A stretch of 34,213 nt of DNA from Octopus bimaculoides (Eukaryota): positions 152,512,770 through 152,546,982 of the forward strand of contig NC_068983.1 in assembly GCF_001194135.2 (NCBI RefSeq), written 5' to 3'. Shown in pieces: positions 26,760-34,213 of the stretch (position 1 is the stretch's first letter; each line of letters opens with the position of its first letter). A program made the position numbers and the translations under genes. The notes under the pieces are model-generated. The model worked only from the letters and a program-made list of their open reading frames with translations. It did no database searches and was not told the origin of the DNA.

Positions 26760-27045
26760 AAATAACTAAGGAAACACAAGAAGGAAGACAGGACAGGCTC
26801 CAATCTTAATAACAACGAAATGTCGTGGAGACATAAGAGCAACGATATGTAAAACTTCAGCTTGAAAAAAATTAGGCAAGTCCGCTTGAGGGAACAAGAA
26901 GCATCAAAGCAGAAACGGCCGAGATTATAGAGTCTCAAGCTAACAGACAAGGCCGCTTGAGGAAACAGAAACACCAGAGCAAAAACGACGAAGATTGAAG
27001 TCTTAAGATAATAGAAAAGCCTGCTTAAGAGAACAGGAGAACAAA
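26760..27045 (+). repeat. Degenerate tandem coding repeats of about 70 bp (STPR-like ET.EQR..RL), possible Helitron N-terminal remnant
   Basis: Units start ccgcttgaggga (26882), ccgcttgaggaa (26953) and ctgcttaagaga (27021). Peptides include ETQEGRQDRLQS and ETPEQKRRRLKS. Confidence 0.6.
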
Positions 27046-27260
27046 ATGATATTTGTCCTCATCTTGTTTGTTGTTAACACAATGTTTCGGCTAATATACC
27101 CTCCAGCCTTCATCAGGTGCCTTGGGGAAATTTTGAACCTGTGTTCTTGATCTGCTTAGGAGGTTGTTGTGTTCTAGCATATGTGCTAAGCAGACCGAGT
27201 ACAGCTATGAACAGCATATGGCTACCGGTATTAAGGAAAGATAAGGAAATATTAGATTTA
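27045..27260 (-). mobile_element. Penelope-LTR-like or retrozyme-like repeat hosting the hammerhead
   Basis: Contains the hammerhead at 27076-27121. The flanks (tttgtcctcatcttgtttgttgttaac; cttggggaaattttgaacctg) resemble a common octopus repeat recalled from memory. Confidence 0.5.
27076..27121 (-). ncRNA. Minimal type I hammerhead ribozyme with intact catalytic core
   Basis: Minus strand: ggcac-CUGAUGA-a-GGCUG gagggtatat UAGCC-GAAA-ca-UU/gugu u. Stem I is gcac:gugu, stem II is 5 bp, and the core is complete. Predicted cleavage lies between 27081 and 27080. Confidence 0.75.
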
Positions 27261-27294
27261 TAAGCCATAAAATTTCACTCCGTTGTTGCCCACG

Positions 27295-27362
27295 GCAACT
27301 ATGGTGCAGTGGTTAAGAGCACACGCTACTAACCCAAGATTCCAAGTTCGATTCCTGTCATC
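27295..27362 (+). mobile_element. tRNA-like SINE head (A and B boxes)
   Basis: tggtgcagtggttaagag (A box) ... agttcgattcc (B box). I could not build a complete cloverleaf acceptor stem. Confidence 0.55.
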
Positions 27363-27497
27363 ACTTTTAGTCACGACTCTAAAGTTTATAGAAAATATAT
27401 AGATATAAAATTAAAGTAAGAATATCGCACAGCTAACTCAAACCTTATTAGTATATTATTGCTGCGAAACGAAATACCGTTTCCTGACTAGCAGTTG

Positions 27498-27498
<1 letters not shown>

Positions 27499-27534
<36 letters not shown>
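27499..27534. repeat. (TA)n microsatellite
   Basis: Directly visible. Confidence 0.95.
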
Positions 27535-27537
<3 letters not shown>

Positions 27538-27542
27538 CAGAA

Positions 27543-27780
27543 TGTACTTATCCTATCGGCACTTATGCCGAACCGCTAGTAAATTGAAAACACCTACACA
27601 GACTCAAATATACACAAACATATATATATACATATCCGACGGGCTTCTTTCAGTTTTCACATACCAAATCTACTCATAATGCTATAGTAGAAGCACTTGT
27701 GCAATGCGCCACGCAGTGAAACTAAACCTGGAACCTTGTTTTAAGGAAGCAAATCTCTTTACATAACGCTACGCTTGCAC
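27543..27780 (-). mobile_element. Family B SINE, 3'-truncated at the (TA)n tract
   Basis: Colinear with 15890-16150: gtacttatcctatcgg, gccgaaccgcta, cgacgggcttctttcagtt, gctatagtagaagcacttg, gccacgcagtgaaactaaacctggaacc. Confidence 0.82.
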
Positions 27781-28365
27781 TTTTGGATATTATTTATAGC
27801 AGATCGTCTGGTATATGTTATTTCATACGCAATTCTCTTTAGATTTACGCCCTTATCTTTCAAATTGTCTGTCACCAAACATCTGTTATGTGTCCCATAC
27901 GCTTTAAGAATGGTATGTACATAGTTAAAATAACATGTATTGTTACATATTATGTGTTTGATATTACTTCAACAGTATCATTAAAAATCTATTTAAATGA
28001 GTATAAAATCAGCAAAGAGGGAAAAGCAAAACAACAACCTAGCACACAAATCAGAAAAAAAGAAGACATGTTGCTTTATTAAATGCGTTAACCTAAATAC
28101 ACTGATTATAAAAATCAACAAAAATCAATAGAAGCAGAAAAAAAACAGCAATAAGAGCAACTGAACAGCGAATGTGACAACAATTGCAGCATCATCGTCT
28201 TCAAGAAGAGCAGCATAGAAATAAAAGGAACAATAATGAGCTCATCATTATAATAGTAGAATCATCAAGAGCATAAATGAAAGAAAAACAGCAACAAAAA
28301 TAATAGCAATGTCACAAACAATGTGACCAATAAAAGATTGTACAAATATGTATGAATTTCGATAC

Positions 28366-28390
28366 AATGATAATAATAATGATGAAGATG

Positions 28391-28430
<40 letters not shown>

Positions 28431-28435
28431 TAATA

Positions 28436-28523
<88 letters not shown>

Positions 28524-28539
28524 TAATAATAATAATAAT
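28366..28539. repeat. (AAT)n microsatellite, 5' flank of the REL LINE insertion
   Basis: Directly visible. Confidence 0.98.
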
Positions 28540-28956
28540 AGACCGGATATAGTTGTCAAAGATCATGAAGAAAAAAAATGCTTTCTAATTGATATATCAA
28601 TACCAGCAGATGACAACGTTTCCCTAAAAGAAATGGAGAAACTTTCAAAATACAAAGACCTGGAAATAGAGGTAACTCGAATGTGGAATCTAAAAACAGA
28701 AACAATTCCTATCATAGTAGGTGCCTTAGGTATAATAAAAAAATATTCAGACAAATACATAACAAAAACACCAGGAATTACAAATATATATAACATACAG
28801 AAAATTGCACTACTGGGCACTGCACACATCCTACGCAAAACACTTTCAATACAGTAACCATAAGAGCATCACAGCAAACCACAGCACATATCCAAGTCAC
28901 ACAGAGCTGCGCTCGGTAGTGAAGTGAAAGCACGTTATAAAAATAAAACTACTGAA
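28540..28956 (+). mobile_element. Young 5'-truncated R4/Dong-like LINE: intact REL PD-(D/E)xK nuclease domain plus 3' UTR, flanked by (AAT)n on both sides
   Basis: Uninterrupted RPDIVV...FLIDISIP...EKLSKYKDLEIEVTRMWNL...IPIIVGALG...QKIALLGTAHILRKTL*. A 3' UTR of about 100 nt ends aataaaactactga, followed by (AAT)6 at 28958-28975. Confidence 0.92.
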
Positions 28957-29184
28957 CAATAATAATAATAATAATTAGTATAGACCATTGTATAAGGTGC
29001 AAAAGAAGAACGCTTGTCAAGTATTCGATAAATATTGACGAATATCTGCTGCAATATACCGGGACCCATATTATCATTGATATTTTAAAATGCTGTAGGT
29101 AGAACGATGGTGGTAATGATAATCACTGTGGTTATGAAGGCGACACAATGCAAGTTAAAAACCAGAAAAAAGAACAGAGATTAT

Positions 29185-29860
29185 ATGACTGGCATGGTAC
29201 ATTCCCAAAGATAGTTGTAGCAAATAGTAGTAATGAGACATGGTTATGGTTGCAGAAAAGAAAGCTTAAAAGGAGACAGAGAGTTTGTTAGTAGCAGCAC
29301 ATGATCAAGCATTAAGAACTAATTGGATAAAAGCCAAGATAGACAAAAACCAAATAGATTCCCAATGTAAGTAATGCAAATAAAAAAAGGAAATCATTAC
29401 TCATATAGTAAATGAATGTAGCATGCTGGCATATAAAGAATACAAGAAAAAACATGACAACCTAGGGAGAGTAATCCCCTGGGAGTTATGTAGAAAGCTT
29501 GAATTTGAACATACTGATAAATGGTATGAAAGTAAGAAATACAGGATGTTGTGGGACTTTAACATTCAAGCTGACAGAGTAATAGAAGCTAGAAGGCCTG
29601 ATTTAGTAGTAGTAAGTAAAGAGAATACAAATGCCAGATAATTGACAAGTATAGAAAAAACATAGCAAAGTACCAGGACCTAGCCATTCAATTATAGACA
29701 CTATGGAAAGTGCGGGTAAAATGTATCCCAGTAGTTATAGGTGTATCGAGAATTATCGCTGAAGATTTGAACAAATGAATAGAGGAAACATGCATAAAAC
29801 CCAGCTTAGTACAGCTCCAGAAAACAGTGTTATTAGTAATGTTAGGATTCTTTTCTTTTC
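29185..29860 (+). mobile_element. Older R4/Dong-like LINE 3' fragment (CCHC knuckle and REL nuclease), pseudogenised
   Basis: WHGTFP...ETESLLVAAHDQALRTNWIKAKID...CK*CK*KKEIITHIVNECS (C-x2-C-x8-H-x4-C)...HDNLGRVIPW...LWDFNIQADRVIEARRPDL...KYQDL...LWKV...IPVVIG...QKTVLL. Confidence 0.88.
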
Positions 29861-29894
29861 CTATAGTCTAATCTGTTGTGTGTATATGAAAAAT

Positions 29895-29933
29895 TAATAA
29901 TAATAATTTTAATTCAAGCACAAGGCTAGCAAT

Positions 29934-29976
<43 letters not shown>

Positions 29977-30000
29977 AATACCATCAACCACAACTAATAA
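29895..30000 (-). mobile_element. 3' remnant of a family A SINE with an internal (GA)n expansion (29937-29973)
   Basis: gcacaaggctagcaatttt...gatcaataccatcaaccc parallels ggcacaatgccagcggtttt...gattatattgaccc at 188-238. Confidence 0.55.
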
Positions 30001-30009
30001 ATCTCAGGT

Positions 30010-30590
30010 AGATCCGACAGACGGTACTTGCATTCCTGTAGAGTTTATATCAGATTAGCAAAGCCCGGCGGTAGCACTGCCAGATCAGGGATATCTGGAA
30101 GGTATTCATGGGTTCCGGGCTGCAATTTCTCAGGATTAGACCAGTCAGGTGATTCTAGTTGACACTCAGGGTCTCCCTAATAACGTCGTCGCTTTTCCCT
30201 GCCACTAACAGTCTGCAGAAATCCAGACTTGATCTGGTAGGTACCGCATTACACTATTGTTTGAAACATCTGAGCATGTCTGAGAGGTTCTAACCACCTC
30301 TCCTATTGGCCAACTCTACAAAATGTGCATCGAAGATGGTATTCCCCATCGTTCACTAACACTAAAGATCGGGTGGTTCCTAGAAAGACCTCCAAATGCC
30401 TGAAAAAAGAAACTTAATGGCCACGATTTGTCGAGCGTGAACAGCTACTCGTCTAAAGACGTCCCCATTCCTGCTGTCCACGTCCAGGACCACGAATTTA
30501 CTTTATGGATCCATGCGGGTATTATGTATCATGAGATTTACCCACTTCTGAAACAACATAACCACACCACCTTTTAACCTCGATCGACTT
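30010..30590 (-). mobile_element. L1/Tx1-clade LINE APE endonuclease fragment, pseudogenised
   Basis: Minus strand: KGGVVMLFQK...MDP*SKFVVLDVDSRNGDVFRRVAVHA, then a FFRHLEVFLGTTRSL-like segment, W/GN.IFDA and SLDFCR (S.LDRI). This matches the APE motif order GVA, VYAP, GD.N, RLD. Confidence 0.7.
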
Positions 30591-30595
30591 GGCGT

Positions 30596-30742
30596 TGTGA
30601 TGCATGTGCCTAGTGTACCCTTATCAGACGGGTAGTCACATTGGGTATACTGAGCTTCGTATATTTTACCCCAGTATCATTTTTACGGTATGTACTGCTC
30701 TCTCACTCAATAAGGATAATGATAATAATAATAAATACAATT
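30596..30742 (+). mobile_element. 3' terminal fragment of a retroelement with an (AAT)n tail
   Basis: gtgatgcatgtgcctagtgtacccttatcagacgggtagtca...ctgctctctcactcaataaggataatgataataataat. Recalled as a frequent octopus LINE 3' UTR; family not determined. Confidence 0.45.
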
Positions 30743-31540
30743 AATAGTGATACAATTCTCAAGGGCACTGATTTGGGATGAGTTTGATTAAAGACTACTG
30801 TCCATGCCAGTTGCTGAAAGAGGAAAATAAACTTGTGCAGAATTTGAAATTAGAATAGAAACTATAGCGACATTTAATATTGAAAATCATAACACCAATA
30901 GAGATGGTAGAGATTAAGATAATGACTGGAATAACGACAATGAATAGCAGAATGCGGATGTTGACACTGATAAGAAAGATAATATTTATTAATGTTGCTT
31001 GTGAGGATCTTAATGATAAGGATTACAATTAAAAGAACAGCATCTACACAATAATAACAAAAATAGTAACAATTACAACAATAGTAGTGAGAACAATAAG
31101 AACAGCAAAATACAATGAAACAAAAATAATATTTATATTCGAAGAGTGTTGTACAGAATTTGAAATTTATATTTCGGCCGCAAAGCCTATCTTCATTAGG
31201 ATTAAGATAACTGCGTCCTTCTGAAGACAGATCTTTGCACCGGAAATAAAGATAATCTTAAAGATTTCCTGATTTTAAAACTCATTGAAATATATTATTT
31301 ACAAAGATTGTTAGAAAGAAAATTAGAATAGGTAATTTCAATCTACAGTGGGTTTAACGATTTAAGGTTCTGATAAAACAAAGATATTGTACAAGCACAT
31401 GAATCTTGGCGTACATTTCTACAGATCCGTAAAGCTGAAACAGCTGTTACGCTAATGATTATGTAACTCTTGCTTTTTGTCATTGATTAATTGGTTAATT
31501 AATTAAATAATTAATATTCCATGTATATATATATATATAT

Positions 31541-32432
31541 NNNNNNNNNNNNNNNNNNNNNNNNNNNNNNNNNNNNNNNNNNNNNNNNNNNNNNNNNNNN
31601 NNNNNNNNNNNNNNNNNNNNNNNNNNNNNNNNNNNNNNNNNNNNNNNNNNNNNNNNNNNNNNNNNNNNNNNNNNNNNNNNNNNNNNNNNNNNNNNNNNNN
31701 NNNNNNNNNNNNNNNNNNNNNNNNNNNNNNNNNNNNNNNNNNNNNNNNNNNNNNNNNNNNNNNNNNNNNNNNNNNNNNNNNNNNNNNNNNNNNNNNNNNN
31801 NNNNNNNNNNNNNNNNNNNNNNNNNNNNNNNNNNNNNNNNNNNNNNNNNNNNNNNNNNNNNNNNNNNNNNNNNNNNNNNNNNNNNNNNNNNNNNNNNNNN
31901 NNNNNNNNNNNNNNNNNNNNNNNNNNNNNNNNNNNNNNNNNNNNNNNNNNNNNNNNNNNNNNNNNNNNNNNNNNNNNNNNNNNNNNNNNNNNNNNNNNNN
32001 NNNNNNNNNNNNNNNNNNNNNNNNNNNNNNNNNNNNNNNNNNNNNNNNNNNNNNNNNNNNNNNNNNNNNNNNNNNNNNNNNNNNNNNNNNNNNNNNNNNN
32101 NNNNNNNNNNNNNNNNNNNNNNNNNNNNNNNNNNNNNNNNNNNNNNNNNNNNNNNNNNNNNNNNNNNNNNNNNNNNNNNNNNNNNNNNNNNNNNNNNNNN
32201 NNNNNNNNNNNNNNNNNNNNNNNNNNNNNNNNNNNNNNNNNNNNNNNNNNNNNNNNNNNNNNNNNNNNNNNNNNNNNNNNNNNNNNNNNNNNNNNNNNNN
32301 NNNNNNNNNNNNNNNNNNNNNNNNNNNNNNNNNNNNNNNNNNNNNNNNNNNNNNNNNNNNNNNNNNNNNNNNNNNNNNNNNNNNNNNNNNNNNNNNNNNN
32401 NNNNNNNNNNNNNNNNNNNNNNNNNNNNNNNN
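31541..32432. other. Assembly gap between (TA)n and (GT)n tracts
   Basis: Ns. Confidence 1.

Positions 32433-32498
<66 letters not shown>
32433..32498. repeat. (GT)n microsatellite
   Basis: Directly visible. Confidence 0.97.
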
Positions 32499-32501
<3 letters not shown>

Positions 32502-33031
32502 CGCCCGCGCTTATGCAGTATGCGTGTTTGGCATACGGGGACTTACAACGAAAGAATAGAAATGATGAGATATATGTACAAAGATAGAAAAAATATCGAT
32601 CAAGGAAGTGAAAAATATAACGGAGGAATATCCGAAAAATAAAATTAATCTAAAATAGACTAAAAAAAAAACGAAACAAAAACAAAATAATAAATATAAT
32701 AAAACAGAAACAGCAGGATGGCTGTATGCATGGTTGGTTGTTCGATTTTGTATTATTATAAAAACTAGAGATCGAATGGTGACAGAGATACAGTGTGAAT
32801 AACCGACATAATAAATGTGATAGAAGTAATGTTTAGGACCCCTGATTGGTTGAATGAGAGGTAGATCGATATCTAGATATATGATGTACGCAAAGATACT
32901 CTGATGCGAACTTATATATACGTACGTACATACATACATACATACATGCATACGTACACACATGTATTTATAATATATATATATGCGTTATATATATATA
33001 ATATGCGTATGTGTGTATGTATATCTATCTA

Positions 33032-33062
<31 letters not shown>

Positions 33063-33456
33063 NNNNNNNNNNNNNNNNNNNNNNNNNNNNNNNNNNNNNN
33101 NNNNNNNNNNNNNNNNNNNNNNNNNNNNNNNNNNNNNNNNNNNNNNNNNNNNNNNNNNNNNNNNNNNNNNNNNNNNNNNNNNNNNNNNNNNNNNNNNNNN
33201 NNNNNNNNNNNNNNNNNNNNNNNNNNNNNNNNNNNNNNNNNNNNNNNNNNNNNNNNNNNNNNNNNNNNNNNNNNNNNNNNNNNNNNNNNNNNNNNNNNNN
33301 NNNNNNNNNNNNNNNNNNNNNNNNNNNNNNNNNNNNNNNNNNNNNNNNNNNNNNNNNNNNNNNNNNNNNNNNNNNNNNNNNNNNNNNNNNNNNNNNNNNN
33401 NNNNNNNNNNNNNNNNNNNNNNNNNNNNNNNNNNNNNNNNNNNNNNNNNNNNNNNN
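33063..33456. other. Assembly gap inside a (TA)n tract
   Basis: Ns. Confidence 1.
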
Positions 33457-34213
33457 TATATATATATATATATGTACATTGATATATGCATAAGTTCACA
33501 CACGCGCATATATACGGAGAGAATGAATGAGAAGTAAAGAGAGAAGGAGAGATTGATTTAGTTTGCAAGGTCTGTAGGTAGATAGATCGGGATGTCACCT
33601 CAGATTGATTGGCTGATTGAAGAATAGCTGATAAATATTCATAGAACCTGATAGGTTGTAAGGCTTATGAACACACGTACGCAAGCTTCAATACGCATGC
33701 ACACGGTCACGCAGACACAAACACAGACAGACAGACAGATACGCACACACACACATACACACACACACACACACGCACAATATAACATTTGAGATGACCG
33801 GGACTTCGAGTTTTGCAAATCGGCTTAATATATAAATCGATATATAAATATAGGAGTATAAAAAAAAGTGAATCTATTGATAAAAAAATATAGATATGTA
33901 GATGAGAAGATGGATAGAAATATAGCAACAGAATTAGATTGATAAATAGATAGATAGATAAGTAAATTGCTAGAGAAATACGTTTATCAGAAGAGAGATA
34001 CCTATGTGTATAGATAGCATATCTGTAACTATCTATTGATCACATAAGGAGATTGTAATATATTGATTAATAAAAAAAAGATTAATTGGTAGATAGGTTA
34101 ATGGAAAAACATTATATATGCAGTATATACATACATACATACATACATACATACAGATATGTGTGTGTATATGTATATATATGCATGTATATACATATGT
34201 ATATATATATATA

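Noticed and set aside
26880-27045. CRISPR-like repeat-spacer pattern
   Set aside because: The units are diverged coding tandem repeats without unique spacers, in a eukaryotic context with no cas genes.
27295-27362. Possible tRNA gene (also the heads at 8160-8235 and 16080-16150)
   Set aside because: A and B boxes are present, but there is no complete cloverleaf and two of them continue into SINE bodies.

Overview
AT-rich eukaryotic DNA with five N-gaps and dense microsatellites and retroelements. The SINE and LINE families look like those I associate with octopus (coleoid cephalopod) genomes; this is recognition from memory, not a database search. I find no supportable host protein-coding exon, tRNA, rRNA or CRISPR array. 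The window is a layered transposon graveyard: four remnants of restriction-like-endonuclease (REL, R4/Dong-type) LINEs, one a young 5'-truncated copy inserted in an (AAT)n microsatellite with its nuclease domain still open; CR1-like LINEs; an L1/Tx1 endonuclease fragment; a mariner remnant; Helitron-type STPR-like repeats; and about ten tRNA-derived SINE pieces from at least three families. The most unusual signal is a set of minimal type I hammerhead-ribozyme motifs of the Penelope/retrozyme type. One (27076-27121, minus) has an intact catalytic core, several others are decayed, and I recognise no Penelope ORF nearby. Boundaries of degraded elements are approximate and come from manual translation.
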